Sequence record: SRR31156797_4997
Reading direction: 5' to 3' (one strand)
DNA: 39,268 nucleotides
The notes beneath the pieces are model-generated. The model saw only the letters and a list, made by a program, of their open reading frames with translations, was not told the DNA's origin and searched no databases. A program made the position numbers and the translations under genes. Below, piece after piece: positions 1 through 10,680 of the stretch. Position 1 is the first letter of the stretch, and the number at the start of each line of letters is the position of its first letter.

Positions 1-631
1 TTTCCCAATTCGTAAAATGGAAACCATTGAAGCTGAACCTTTTGAGTTTCATGATAAAATTCCATTGAAAAAAGGTTACAAGGAAAAACAAGTACGTGTG
101 GTTCCTCATGCCATAGCCCGACACGGTAGTTTTGTGGCTCCAGGTGTTATTATGATGCCTTCTTATGTGAATATTGGAGCCTATGTTGATAGCGGTACTA
201 TGGTCGATACTTGGGCTACTGTTGGTTCTTGTGCGCAAATTGGCAAAGAAGTACACCTTAGTGGTGGTGTTGGAATAGGCGGTGTTTTAGAGCCTTTGCA
301 AGCAGCTCCGGTAATTATTGAAGATGGTGCATTTATTGGAAGTCGCTGCATTGTTGTAGAAGGTGTTCATATTAAAAAAGAAGCAGTTTTAGGTGCGAAT
401 GTAGTATTGACCAAATCCACAAAGATTATTGATGTAACAGGTGAAGAACCTATTGAATATAAAGGTGTTGTACCAGAGAGGTCAGTGGTTATACCCGGTA
501 GCTATACAAAAGAATTTCAGGCCGGAACTTATCAGGTTCCTTGTGCTTTAATTATCGGAAAACGCAAACCTAGTACCGATAAAAAGACATCGCTCAATGA
601 TGCGCTTAGAGATTATGAAGTAGCAGTTTAA
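1..631 (+). CDS. dapD: 2,3,4,5-tetrahydropyridine-2,6-dicarboxylate N-succinyltransferase (5'-truncated by the window)
   Basis: FHDKIPLK, VRVVP, MPSYVNIGAYVD..TMVDTWATVGSCAQIG and GGVGIGGVLEPLQA are DapD motifs. The frame is open upstream of the listed ATG (FPIRK-METI), so the true start lies before base 1. Confidence 0.95.
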   Translation, partial: FPIRKMETIEAEPFEFHDKIPLKKGYKEKQVRVVPHAIARHGSFVAPGVIMMPSYVNIGAYVDSGTMVDTWATVGSCAQIGKEVHLSGGVGIGGVLEPLQAAPVIIEDGAFIGSRCIVVEGVHIKKEAVLGANVVLTKSTKIIDVTGEEPIEYKGVVPERSVVIPGSYTKEFQAGTYQVPCALIIGKRKPSTDKKTSLNDALRDYEVAV

Positions 632-636
632 ATCAC

Positions 637-1209
637 ATGAACATACACGAAGACATCAAAAAAGCAAAACAAACTTTGATAGAAGGTGGTATTATTTGCT
701 ATCCTGCTGATACTATTTGGGGGCTGGGGTGTGATGCTACAAACAAAGAAGCTGTTGAAAAACTTTTCAAGTTGAAAAAGCGTGACCTGGCCAAAAGTAT
801 GCTCATCATAGTTGATGATATAGGCAAAATTTCATCTTATGTCAAAGAAATGCCCGATATAGCATATGACTTATTGGAAGCCTCCGAGAAGCCTTTAACT
901 TTAGTTTTACCAGAAGCAAAAAATTTGGCAGAGAATCTAATTGCAAGTGATGGAACAATAGGAATTAGAGTAATAGATAACCATCCCTGGTGTACTAAGC
1001 TTTTGAAACAGTTCAAAAAACCAATTGTATCCACTTCAGCGAACTTTTCAGGCCAAAAAAAGGCACAGATCTATGATGATATTGATCCTGAAATATTAGA
1101 AGCTGTTGATTATGTGGCAGAGTTTGACCGCGATAATGTTGCACCAACTGAAGCCTCTTCAATTATTAAGCTAGGTATAAATGGGGAGATTGAAATAATT
1201 AGGCATTAA
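637..1209 (+). CDS. L-threonylcarbamoyladenylate synthase (Sua5/YrdC/TsaC family)
   Basis: YPADTIWGLGCDA, K.R...K and PIVSTSANFSG motifs. Confidence 0.93.
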   Translation: MNIHEDIKKAKQTLIEGGIICYPADTIWGLGCDATNKEAVEKLFKLKKRDLAKSMLIIVDDIGKISSYVKEMPDIAYDLLEASEKPLTLVLPEAKNLAENLIASDGTIGIRVIDNHPWCTKLLKQFKKPIVSTSANFSGQKKAQIYDDIDPEILEAVDYVAEFDRDNVAPTEASSIIKLGINGEIEIIRH

Positions 1210-1277
1210 TCCAAAAGAGAATTTGTATTCAACGTATAGATTTTTATTGCACCCGACATAAGTTGAGTGTTTTTGTT

Positions 1278-1679
1278 TTACAAAATTCGCTTCTGCAACT
1301 CAGGAGATGGCAATTGACAGGTGGGAGGGGATTTAAAAATTCGTTTTCTATTTCTGGCAATTAACATGTAAAAGGCATCAGTTATAAAACGAGGTATAAT
1401 TGTAAAAATCAACAGAATTTTATACCAGGTTTTTAGTTTTCTTAAAATTCGAAATGCTGCAGACGATTTAGTATAGATCATTTGATCGTCATACAAAATC
1501 ACTGTATCGAAATTCATAAATTCTTCAGGGATAATCTCTTTGGCTATTGAAGATTGTAAAGGGCAAAAATGAAATTTTTTTTGCACATCATACTTAATAA
1601 TGAATTGCACACTGCGATCGCAGAGGCCACATTCGCCATCAAAAAATACAATTGGATTATTTTGTGATACTTGTTTCAA
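1278..1679 (-). CDS. DCC1-like thiol-disulfide oxidoreductase (DUF393)
   Basis: N-terminal FFDGECGLC (DxxCxxC) and C-terminal Y..IARNR..IF. Confidence 0.9.
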   Translation of the reverse strand: MKQVSQNNPIVFFDGECGLCDRSVQFIIKYDVQKKFHFCPLQSSIAKEIIPEEFMNFDTVILYDDQMIYTKSSAAFRILRKLKTWYKILLIFTIIPRFITDAFYMLIARNRKRIFKSPPTCQLPSPELQKRIL

Positions 1680-2163
1680 TTAACTGGATTAACTTTTCAA
1701 ACTCACTCTTCTTATAACCAGAATGAGCATAAATAAGTTTACCGGTTTTATCAACTAAGTACAAACGGGGGATAAATTTTTGTGCGTACATATTGTATAT
1801 GTTACGCTTTGGATCGGCGGCTATATGGAAACTAAATTTTTTTCGCTGATTGAAAACATCTAACTCATTAATGTTATGTTCTCGACCAATTGCAATTACT
1901 ATTATATCTTTTTCTTCAAATTTTTGCTGAATGTGCTTTTCAATGAGAGGCATTTCTTCCATACATGGTTTACACCATGTTGCAAAGAAGTTGATGAGTA
2001 CAATTTTACCTTTTAATTCATCAAGGCACAATGTTTTATTTTCAATGGTTTTTACAGTAAAATCGGGTGCTTTATCTCCAACAGAAACTACATCAAAAGA
2101 AGCCTGTCCAAACAAAAAGGGTGTACAGAGGGTCATGATTACTAAAAAAAGTAAGTTTCTCAC
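1657..2163 (-). CDS. TlpA/AhpC-TSA family thioredoxin-like protein with signal peptide
   Basis: VGDKAPDF, LINFFATWCKPC, IPRLYLVDK; GTG start. Confidence 0.88.
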   Translation of the reverse strand: MRNLLFLVIMTLCTPFLFGQASFDVVSVGDKAPDFTVKTIENKTLCLDELKGKIVLINFFATWCKPCMEEMPLIEKHIQQKFEEKDIIVIAIGREHNINELDVFNQRKKFSFHIAADPKRNIYNMYAQKFIPRLYLVDKTGKLIYAHSGYKKSEFEKLIQLIETSITK

Positions 2164-2256
2164 ATCAAAAAATTTAGATTTACAATTGTCCCTTTAAATG
2201 AAACAAACTGCATGCCAACATCCTTTGATGAATTAATTTGGACGTTAAATTCCCAA

Positions 2257-2904
2257 TTATAAACTTTTTAAAATTGCTTTAATTACACCCTGAGCGCCAT
2301 CATATATTTGGCCAATATTGGCATCAAGCATATAACATGGAGTGGTAAATATTAGATTATCTTGGTCAATAATAACTTCCCCATGTGTAGTATTTTCATG
2401 TGTTCCACCCATTGTATTTATAGCTTTAATTGTATCAGGGTCTGAGCCAATTGTAACCTTAACATCCCCGAGCACTTTTGCAATAATCACTGGTGAAATA
2501 CACAAAGCACCTATGGGTTTTTTAGCATTATGGGCTTCTTTTACAACCCGCTCAACTTCATTATCAACATCACAATCAGGACCATCTTTGGCGAAAGTAC
2601 AAAGGTTCTTTGCAGCTCCAAAACCACCAGGAAAAACAAGTGCATCAAAGTCTTTCATATCTAATTCGTCCAATGATTTAATATTTCCGCGTGCAATTCT
2701 AGCAGATTCAACCAATACATTACGACTTTCCTTCATTTCTTTACCGGTGAAATGATTCATCACATGCATTTGATCAATATCCGGAGCAAAACATTGATAA
2801 GATGCACCAGCCTGATGAATGGCTAGCATGGTCATGGTGGCCTCATGAATTTCTGCGCCATCATAAACGCCACTTCCTGATAATACAATAGCAATATTTT
2901 TCAT
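2257..2904 (-). CDS. elbB: Glyoxalase ElbB (DJ-1/PfpI, ES1-like)
   Basis: LSGSGVYDGAEIHE, RNVLVESARIARG, PGGFGAAKNL, CISP, TTPCYM. Confidence 0.93.
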   Translation of the reverse strand: MKNIAIVLSGSGVYDGAEIHEATMTMLAIHQAGASYQCFAPDIDQMHVMNHFTGKEMKESRNVLVESARIARGNIKSLDELDMKDFDALVFPGGFGAAKNLCTFAKDGPDCDVDNEVERVVKEAHNAKKPIGALCISPVIIAKVLGDVKVTIGSDPDTIKAINTMGGTHENTTHGEVIIDQDNLIFTTPCYMLDANIGQIYDGAQGVIKAILKSL

Positions 2905-3031
2905 AATTAGATTTTTAATCAGTTATTAAACAGCTTTTTAATCGGATAGCAGATTATACAAAGCTTCTATACGAATTTACGTAATTTCAAAATCAATTAC
3001 AAAACCTTTATCTTTAGAAAAATTTTGATTT

Positions 3032-4387
3032 ATGAACAAAGAACGCATTCATTTTATAGCCATCGGTGGAGCCGCCATGCACAATCTTGCTATCGCATTA
3101 CATAAAAAAGGTCATTATGTTACCGGGAGTGATGATGAAATATTTAACCCATCAAAAAGCAGGTTAGATTCATATGGTCTTTTGCCTGAAAAGTTTGGTT
3201 GGTTTCCAGGGAAAATCGATAATTCATTGGATGCGATCATACTAGGAATGCATGCTAAAAAGGACAATCCAGAGTTAATGCGAGCTCAGGAGTTGGGTTT
3301 GCCAATTTATTCTTATCCGGAATACTTATATCGGCAAACTAAAGATAAAAAGCGGATTGCTGTTGCGGGGAGCCATGGTAAAACTACTACCACGGCTATG
3401 ATTATGCACATTCTTAAAACAGCCAATGTAAAATTTGACTACATGGTAGGAGCAAATCTCGAAGGTTTTGATACCATGGTGAACCTAGAGGAAGATAATG
3501 AAATTGCAGTATTTGAAGCAGATGAATATCTTTCATCGCCAATCGATATGCGTTCAAAGTTTTTATGGTATAAGCCTCATCTATCAATTATAACTGGTAT
3601 TGCATGGGATCATATTAATGTGTTTCCCACATTTGAATCCTATCTAGAAACTTTTAAGGCTTTTTTAAATACTATACCTCCTCACGGAAAGGTTTTTTGG
3701 TGTCAGGGTGATGAGTTTATTAAAAAATTATTAAATCAAAATTCCAATAAAATTGATGCTTTTGCCTATAAAGGCTTTGAACTTGAAAATTCAGAAATAA
3801 GGATTAATAGTAATCAGGATGGATTTGAGCCCAGTGTTTTTGGAGCTCATAATCTGCAAAATATGGAGGCGGCTTATTTAGTTGTAAAAGAACTTGGTAT
3901 TGATGATGAAGTTTTTATGAAGGCAATGCAGACATTCAAAGGTGCAGCCCGAAGGTTACAAGTGCTAAAAACAGTTCCCAATCCGGTTTATTTCGATTTT
4001 GCACATGCACCATCAAAAGTGAAAGCAACTGTTGATGCCTTGAGAGAAAAGCATCCCGATAAAAAGATATTAGCTTGTCTGGAACTACATACTTTTAGTA
4101 GTTTGAATAAAGCATTTATTCCACATTATAAAAAATCACTGGATAAGGCTGATAATGCCATGGTATATTTTAATCCGAAAACGCTAGAGCATAAAAACAT
4201 GCCTAAGCTTGAAATTGGATTTGTAGAAAAATCTTTCGACCACCAAAAGTTAAAAGTTGCAACCATTTCAGATGAAGTTTTAACAACTATAAAGAACTGC
4301 TATGCTGACGATTATGTTGTTTTGGTAATGACTTCGGGTAACTTTAATGGGGTTGACTTTAAACAGTGGGTTAGCCAAAGTTTATAA
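3032..4387 (+). CDS. Mur ligase family protein (Mpl/MurC-like, peptidoglycan recycling)
   Basis: HFIAIGGAAMHNLA, P-loop AGSHGKTTT, EADEY, DFAHAPSK. Confidence 0.88.
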   Translation: MNKERIHFIAIGGAAMHNLAIALHKKGHYVTGSDDEIFNPSKSRLDSYGLLPEKFGWFPGKIDNSLDAIILGMHAKKDNPELMRAQELGLPIYSYPEYLYRQTKDKKRIAVAGSHGKTTTTAMIMHILKTANVKFDYMVGANLEGFDTMVNLEEDNEIAVFEADEYLSSPIDMRSKFLWYKPHLSIITGIAWDHINVFPTFESYLETFKAFLNTIPPHGKVFWCQGDEFIKKLLNQNSNKIDAFAYKGFELENSEIRINSNQDGFEPSVFGAHNLQNMEAAYLVVKELGIDDEVFMKAMQTFKGAARRLQVLKTVPNPVYFDFAHAPSKVKATVDALREKHPDKKILACLELHTFSSLNKAFIPHYKKSLDKADNAMVYFNPKTLEHKNMPKLEIGFVEKSFDHQKLKVATISDEVLTTIKNCYADDYVVLVMTSGNFNGVDFKQWVSQSL

Positions 4388-4461
4388 TAAAGAAACCCTT
4401 TGCTACGTTGTTAAAGTAAGCGCGCTTTCTTACGTTCTTTAACATAATTAAAAAGGGTAAA

Positions 4462-5136
4462 ATGAAAAATCGAAAATCGAAATCAATTGAAAAAAGACGT
4501 ATCCTCAATATTGAGGTTGGTCTGGTCACCGCGCTGTCATTACTTCTAGTAGCCTTTAATTGGAACTCCAATACCCCCGCTGTGGAGAATCTGGGAGACA
4601 TGATAGAAATTCCGATAGATGAAGAGATTATTCAAAGTACAATACCGGAAGAGATCAAAAAACCCGAATTACCCAAGAAGAAATATATTCCAGATTTCGA
4701 AATCGTTGAAGACCATGTTGAGCAAGATTCATTTGACATTATCTCAGATGTTTTTCCAGATGAACCCATTGGGGACTTAACGATTAAAATGAAAGAGGAA
4801 GTTGAAGAAGTTGAAGTGGTACCATACGTCCCATTTCCTCAAAGACCCGCTGAATTCATAGGAGGCGAAGAAGCATTTTATAGATTTCTAGCTTCTAATT
4901 TGAAGTATCCGCTGCGTGCAAAAGAAATGGGTATCTCAGGAAAAGTGTTTGTTCAATTTAAAGTTGACAACAAAGGAAGAATTAGTGAAATTGAAATATT
5001 GAGAACTCCTGATCCTATGCTGTCAGAAGAAGCAATTAGGGTTGTAAGTATGATGCCAAATTGGAAACCAGCTGAGCAAGGCGGTCGAAAAGTGATCACA
5101 ACTATGAGAATACCGGTTAATTTTAAGCTTAAATAG
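4462..5136 (+). CDS. Energy transducer TonB
   Basis: N-terminal TM helix, acidic linker, C-terminal YP..A...GISGKVFVQFKVD...PNWKPA TonB_C domain. Confidence 0.9.
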   Translation: MKNRKSKSIEKRRILNIEVGLVTALSLLLVAFNWNSNTPAVENLGDMIEIPIDEEIIQSTIPEEIKKPELPKKKYIPDFEIVEDHVEQDSFDIISDVFPDEPIGDLTIKMKEEVEEVEVVPYVPFPQRPAEFIGGEEAFYRFLASNLKYPLRAKEMGISGKVFVQFKVDNKGRISEIEILRTPDPMLSEEAIRVVSMMPNWKPAEQGGRKVITTMRIPVNFKLK

Positions 5137-5158
5137 TCATTTGCATGACAAATTAATG

Positions 5159-5186
5159 GCCGCTACCATGGGGTAGCGGTTTTTTT
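5159..5186 (+). terminator. Intrinsic terminator
   Basis: CCGCTACC-atgg-GGTAGCGG stem followed by T7. Confidence 0.85.
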
Positions 5187-5308
5187 ATGCACTAAATCGA
5201 ACACTTTTAAATAAAAAACTACTGGGTCATTTTTTTTCACTACTTTGTAACAACAAAAAATCAGAGTCGTCTCTCAGACACCTGTATCTATTAACTTAAA
5301 TTATAATT

Positions 5309-8300
5309 ATGTTACAAAAAACCCTTTTAACAGTGCTGGCTTTGACTGCGTTATTGTCAACAGCTCAGTCACAAATCAATGCCCGGATGTTTCGTTTTCC
5401 GGATGTTTCAAAAACCCAAATTGTTTTCACCTATGGTAATGACATATGGATTGTAGATAAAAATGGTGGAACAGCTCATAAAATGAGTTCGCCAAAAGGT
5501 GTAGAGACCAATGCTAAGTTTTCGCCCAATGGTGCTCAAATTGCTTTTACCGGTAATTATGATGGTAATCGTGATATTTATGTAATTCCTTCAAATGGTG
5601 GTTTACCAAAAAGAGTTACCTGGCATAGTCATAGTGACCTTATGCTGGATTGGAGCCCTGATGGAAATAAATTATTATTTGCTAGCAGCAGAGAGAGTGG
5701 CAGACAACGTTATTCAGAACTTTTTGAAATATCTCCAAAGGGTGGGTTGCCTCTTAAAGTTGAATTGAGTTATGGCGATTTAGCTTCATATTCTCCTAAT
5801 GGTCAGCAAATAGCATTTAATTTCAATTCAAGGATTTACAGGAATTGGAAACGCTATAGAGGAGGTGCTGCTCCCGATATTCATATTTTTGACGTGAAAG
5901 GAAAAAAATCATGGAATATAACCAATAATGATGCTTCTGATGAATATCCAATGTGGAGTGGAGATGATATTTACTACTTATCAGACCAGGGTGAAGCCAA
6001 AAGATATAATATCTGGGTTTATAATAATAAATCAAAAGAGCATCAGCAGATTACTAAATTTACTGATTTCGATATTCACTATCCTTCAATAGGACCTGAT
6101 GAAATCGTTTTTGAGGCAGGAGGTAAGTTATATCTACTAAACCTTGAAACAAAAGATTATAAAGAGGTTGAAATAAATGTTATCAATGATCAGAGTACTC
6201 TAATTGCTAAACAAATTAATGTTGGAAAAAATATTGGATGGTTTCATATCTCTCCTAAAGGTAATCGCGTAATTGTAGAAGCAAGAGGCGATATTTTTTC
6301 TTTACCAGCTGAAAAAGGTATTACACAAAATCTAACACGATCAACAGATGTAGCAGAACGTTATCCTGTTTGGTCACCCTATGGAAAGTATGTGGCTTAT
6401 TGGAGTGATGCCTCTGGTGAATATCAGTTGCACATGCATGATATGAAGACCAATAAAGTAAAGACAGTAATGAACTTTGAAAAAGGGTTCAGATATCCTG
6501 TTTTTTGGTCACCTGATAGTAAAAAAATTGTATTTGTAAACCAATTAAGTGAGCTGCTTTACTACGATGTTGAAAATGATAAGCTTACCAAGTTTGATGT
6601 TGGTAATGGCCAAAGTCATTATGGTTTATCATCATTTACTTTTAGTTGGTCGCCGGATAGTAAATGGATTACTTATTCCAGATCAGCAAGCCAGGTAAAT
6701 AGTGCTATTTTCATTTATGATACTGAGAAAAACAAGGTGCATCAGGTTACTTCTGACTTTTATAATAATTATGATCCTGTATTTGATCCAGAAGGAAAGT
6801 ATTTATACTGTCTCACAAACCGCAGCATGAGACCTGTGTATAGCGATATGGATGGTACGTTTGTTTATCCTAACTCAACAAAAATTGCTTTATTTCCATT
6901 GACTTCTGATATTAAATCGCCTTTTGAACCGGAAAATGATGAAGTAAGTATTGAAGAAGAAAAGAAAGAGGATGACAAAAAGGATAAAAAAGACAAGAAA
7001 GATAAAAATGATAAAGGTGAGGATGATAGCAAAAAAGAAGAACAATCCACCGAAATTGAATTCGATGGATTTGAACGACGCATGATACTATTAGGTGAAA
7101 AAGCAGGCAGATATGGCGGTTTGAAAGCTGTAAAAGGAAAAATTGTTTACATGCAGTATTCAAATGCCGGATCATCATCTTTCGATCGCGAATTTAAATA
7201 TTACGATTTGGAGGAAGAGGAATCAAAAACTATTATCAAAGGTATTGGGGGATTTGAGCTGACTGCTGATGGTAAAAAAGCTGTAGTATCTAAAAATGGC
7301 AAATATGGTGTTATTAAAATAGCTGCCAGTCAAAAGCTGGATAAGCCAATTGATGTTAGCAATATGCAAATGGTAGTTAACCTAAAAGAGGAATGGAAGC
7401 AAATGTTTTGGGATGCATGGAGATTTGAGCGCGACTTTTTCTATGACGAAAACATGCATGGACTAGATTGGAAAGCTATTGGTGATCAATATGCCCAACT
7501 TATTGAGCATTCCACAACCAGGGGAGATGTTAATAATATTCTTGGTGAATTGATTGCAGAATTGAATGCATCTCATACTTACGTTGGAGGTGGCGACACA
7601 GAAAGAGCTAAAAGAAAAAGCGTTGGCTATCTTGGAATTGATTGGGAACTCGATAAAGCCTATAAAATTAAGAAAATAGTAAAAGGTGCTATTTGGGATG
7701 CAGAAGTTCGCTCACCATTGGATCAACCCGGTGTTGAAGTGAAAGAAGGTGATTATATTTTGGAAGTAAACGGTATACCAATTGACATATCCAGTGAACC
7801 GCATGCGGCATTTCAAGGCCTTGCCGGAAAAACTGTTGAGTTAACTATTAATGATAAGCCAACCACTGAAGGTGCTAAGAAGGTACTCGTAAAAACACTA
7901 AAATCTGAAACAAGACTTCGTCACTTGGCCTGGATTGAGCAAAATAGACAAATCGTTGATGAAGCAACTGACGGAAAAATTGGATATATATATGTGCGTT
8001 CAACCGGAATTGACGGGCAAAATGAATTGATGCGACAGTTTGCTGCACAGTTCCATAAAGAGGGTCTTGTAATTGATGAACGTTTCAACAGTGGTGGACA
8101 AATTCCTGACAGATTTGTGGAGTTGTTAAATCGAAAACCATTAGCATATTGGGCAACCAGAGGTAAAAGAGATTGGCAATGGCCAGTTCGTGCTAACTTT
8201 GGACCTAAGGTTATGTTAATAAACGGTTGGAGTGGCTCAGGTGGAGATGCATTCCCGGACTACTTCCGTAAAGCAGGATTAGGGAAACTTGTTGGTATGC

Positions 8301-8569
8301 GTACCTGGGGTGGTTTAATTGGATTAAACGGAGCACCCTCATTGATTGATGGAGGAATGGTAACTGTTCCAACTTTCCGTATGTTTGATCCTGATGGAAA
8401 GTGGTTTAAAGAAGGTCATGGCGTAGATCCAGATGTAAAAGTGCCTGAAAATCCTGCAGAATTGGCTAAGGGGAAAGATGTTCAACTTAATAAAGCAATT
8501 GAGGTAGTCTTGGAAGAGCTTAAAAATTATAAGCCAAAGCCAGAACATCAACCTTATGAAACAAGATAA
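5309..8569 (+). CDS. Tricorn protease homolog (peptidase S41 with PD40/beta-propeller repeats and PDZ)
   Basis: Signal peptide; repeated (W/F)SP(D/N)G propeller motifs; GELNASH-like ELNASH; DERFNSGG; SGSGGDAFP catalytic Ser region; GMRTWGG; EGHGVDPD. Confidence 0.95.
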   Translation: MLQKTLLTVLALTALLSTAQSQINARMFRFPDVSKTQIVFTYGNDIWIVDKNGGTAHKMSSPKGVETNAKFSPNGAQIAFTGNYDGNRDIYVIPSNGGLPKRVTWHSHSDLMLDWSPDGNKLLFASSRESGRQRYSELFEISPKGGLPLKVELSYGDLASYSPNGQQIAFNFNSRIYRNWKRYRGGAAPDIHIFDVKGKKSWNITNNDASDEYPMWSGDDIYYLSDQGEAKRYNIWVYNNKSKEHQQITKFTDFDIHYPSIGPDEIVFEAGGKLYLLNLETKDYKEVEINVINDQSTLIAKQINVGKNIGWFHISPKGNRVIVEARGDIFSLPAEKGITQNLTRSTDVAERYPVWSPYGKYVAYWSDASGEYQLHMHDMKTNKVKTVMNFEKGFRYPVFWSPDSKKIVFVNQLSELLYYDVENDKLTKFDVGNGQSHYGLSSFTFSWSPDSKWITYSRSASQVNSAIFIYDTEKNKVHQVTSDFYNNYDPVFDPEGKYLYCLTNRSMRPVYSDMDGTFVYPNSTKIALFPLTSDIKSPFEPENDEVSIEEEKKEDDKKDKKDKKDKNDKGEDDSKKEEQSTEIEFDGFERRMILLGEKAGRYGGLKAVKGKIVYMQYSNAGSSSFDREFKYYDLEEEESKTIIKGIGGFELTADGKKAVVSKNGKYGVIKIAASQKLDKPIDVSNMQMVVNLKEEWKQMFWDAWRFERDFFYDENMHGLDWKAIGDQYAQLIEHSTTRGDVNNILGELIAELNASHTYVGGGDTERAKRKSVGYLGIDWELDKAYKIKKIVKGAIWDAEVRSPLDQPGVEVKEGDYILEVNGIPIDISSEPHAAFQGLAGKTVELTINDKPTTEGAKKVLVKTLKSETRLRHLAWIEQNRQIVDEATDGKIGYIYVRSTGIDGQNELMRQFAAQFHKEGLVIDERFNSGGQIPDRFVELLNRKPLAYWATRGKRDWQWPVRANFGPKVMLINGWSGSGGDAFPDYFRKAGLGKLVGMRTWGGLIGLNGAPSLIDGGMVTVPTFRMFDPDGKWFKEGHGVDPDVKVPENPAELAKGKDVQLNKAIEVVLEELKNYKPKPEHQPYETR

Positions 8570-8602
8570 GATGAAGGTTTTGTAGAAAAAACTTAAAAAT
8601 AT

Positions 8603-8629
8603 AGCGCCGGTATTTTCCGGCGCTTTTTT
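8603..8629 (+). terminator. Intrinsic terminator
   Basis: AGCGCCGG-tatttt-CCGGCGCT followed by a T run. Confidence 0.85.
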
Positions 8630-8948
8630 CATAATATTGATTGTTTTTTTGTAAATGTGTTAGTATTTCGGTTTTGAATAAATAAGACCATATTATGGTA
8701 TATTTAATATAGTCATCAACTAATTTAATAGAATATTCAATTATTGCTAATTTAGAATTAAATCAAACTAATTTTTAAATATTTGTAAATCAGGATATTG
8801 AAATTGAATTTTTGATTTAAAGGCTTAAAAATGTAATATTGGTAAAAAATTTGTTGTTTTATAAGTGTTAAATATCATAAAATGATCAAAGATGTTTCTT
8901 TGACATTAGAAAAGATATATTTATTTTAGCAGCAAAATAACTAGAACT

Positions 8949-9638
8949 ATGGAAGTAAAAAAGAATCCGAAAGTAAGCCTTGAGAAATGGAGGGGAACCT
9001 TCATGCTAGGTGGACTTGTTGCTGTTTTAGGACTACTTTTAGTAGCATTTAACTGGAATAGTGGCACAGGTACCGTAGAAGACTTAGGCGCTGTAATGGA
9101 TGTAAGTCTTGAAGAAGAGATGATCCAAACACAACGTCAAGAGGAAGTGAAACCACCACCACCACCACCACCACCAAAGAAAAAGGTAATTGAAGAGCTT
9201 ACCGTTGTTGAAAACGATGAAGATATTGACGACGAGCTTGATATCGATACTGAAGCCGACGAAGAAACTATGATTGAGCAAACAGATATCGTTATTGAAG
9301 AGGAAGTGGAAGAAGAAGAACCTGAAATTTTCATGGTTGTGGAACAAATGCCTGAATTCCCGGGTGGACAGGGAGAATTGTTTAAATACATTAGCCAAAA
9401 TATTGCTTATCCAGCAATTGCAAAAGAGAATGGAATTCAAGGTAAAGTATTTATTCAGTTTGTAGTAGGTAAAGATGGATCAATTACAAATGTAACTGTA
9501 CTTCGTGGAGTTGACCCTTCATTGGATAAAGAAGCAGTGCGTGTTGTGCAATCAATGCCTAAATGGAAACCAGGTAAGCAACGTGGTAAACCAGTATTTG
9601 TAAGATATCAGGTACCAATTAACTTCAGACTTCAATAG
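8949..9638 (+). CDS. Energy transducer TonB
   Basis: MEVKKNPKVSLE start, TM helix, poly-Pro, VEQMPEFPGG, YPAIAKENGIQGKVFIQFVV, PKWKPGKQRGKPV. Confidence 0.95.
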   Translation: MEVKKNPKVSLEKWRGTFMLGGLVAVLGLLLVAFNWNSGTGTVEDLGAVMDVSLEEEMIQTQRQEEVKPPPPPPPPKKKVIEELTVVENDEDIDDELDIDTEADEETMIEQTDIVIEEEVEEEEPEIFMVVEQMPEFPGGQGELFKYISQNIAYPAIAKENGIQGKVFIQFVVGKDGSITNVTVLRGVDPSLDKEAVRVVQSMPKWKPGKQRGKPVFVRYQVPINFRLQ

Positions 9639-9655
9639 TATTTCTAAATAATATC

Positions 9656-9685
9656 AAAATCCTCGCTTAGGCGGGGATTTTTTTT
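9656..9685. terminator. Probably bidirectional intrinsic terminator between convergent genes
   Basis: AAAATCCTCGC-ttag-GCGGGGATTTT plus T run. Confidence 0.8.
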
Positions 9686-9724
9686 GACCATATTTTGAGG
9701 TTGTTGGAGTCTTTTGTAGATATA

Positions 9725-10495
9725 TTATTCAATAATTAACCTTTTTGTTTTTATGGCTTTATTAGTTTTTGCAGTTATCAAATAAACCCCTTGCATCTGA
9801 TTAGATAGGTCTACTTTTTCATTTTTACCTGCACTACGTTTTAAAATTACTTGCCCAACGATGTTTGTAATTATTAACTCACAGTTGTTTTCAATACTAA
9901 TTGTAAATTTACCTCTTGTTGGGTTTGGATAAATGTTGAAATCCGATAAGGTTTTATTTTCAGCTATTCCATTATATGGGCACATATCATAGATGGTTAC
10001 ATCCTGATCAACAACTGTAAAAACTAAGGTGTCAAATTGTTGTGGGAGTGGATAATTCCAATTAGGCAAAGTGCCAGGTTCAGTAGATATAAGTCCATAT
10101 TTGTATTTGTAATCACCAGGAGATACATTTGGTACTGTTATAGTATATATCAAGTCTTCATTATCATCAAATAATTCAAAGCTTAAATCCTCCAGAGGCA
10201 CTGGCCAGGGATTGTGATTACCTATTCCACTTAAACCATCAGCTGTTGCACCTGAAACAAATACTCTAACTGTATCAAAATATTTACTATAATCAACAAA
10301 ATGAATATTGAAGGTAACATTGTATAATGAATCCTTTTGATCAGCTATGGTTCTTTTTGATTCATCTGAAGTGTTAGAAGTTTGAAGTGCTTGAAGATCA
10401 TCATTAATGCATTCATTAACCTTATAATTACCTTTAACATTTGTAATAAAGCATGAAAGCAAAGCTAATATAAAGAAGAATTTAAATTTTCTCAT
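9725..10495 (-). CDS. Secreted protein with T9SS type A C-terminal sorting domain
   Basis: Start moved to ATG at 10495 (MRKFKFFFILALL signal peptide). Ends IYPNPT.G...G.Y......K..KRLIIE. Confidence 0.85.
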   Translation of the reverse strand: MRKFKFFFILALLSCFITNVKGNYKVNECINDDLQALQTSNTSDESKRTIADQKDSLYNVTFNIHFVDYSKYFDTVRVFVSGATADGLSGIGNHNPWPVPLEDLSFELFDDNEDLIYTITVPNVSPGDYKYKYGLISTEPGTLPNWNYPLPQQFDTLVFTVVDQDVTIYDMCPYNGIAENKTLSDFNIYPNPTRGKFTISIENNCELIITNIVGQVILKRSAGKNEKVDLSNQMQGVYLITAKTNKAIKTKRLIIE

Positions 10496-10632
10496 ACTGT
10501 TTATTTTTATAGCTATTAGACACTCTAATTTATAGTATTTTAAGAGCTTACACAAATATATAGCATAATTATCTAAAGTGAGTAAATTGAAATAAGAGTA
10601 AATTTCATTTATATGATTCCATGATAGAATTC

Positions 10633-10657
10633 AAAAAAAAGAGGCCCGAAGGCCTCT
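10633..10657 (-). terminator. Intrinsic terminator with UUCG loop
   Basis: On the minus strand: AGAGGCC-ttcg-GGCCTC followed by T8. Confidence 0.9.
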
Positions 10658-10680
10658 CTTTTGTATTTAAAACAAAAGCA

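Noticed and set aside
6950-7045. Low-complexity purine-rich tract
   Set aside because: It encodes a K/D/E-rich linker within the tricorn protease.
9153-9176. (CCA)8 simple repeat as a phase-variation tract
   Set aside because: It is an in-frame poly-proline linker typical of TonB.
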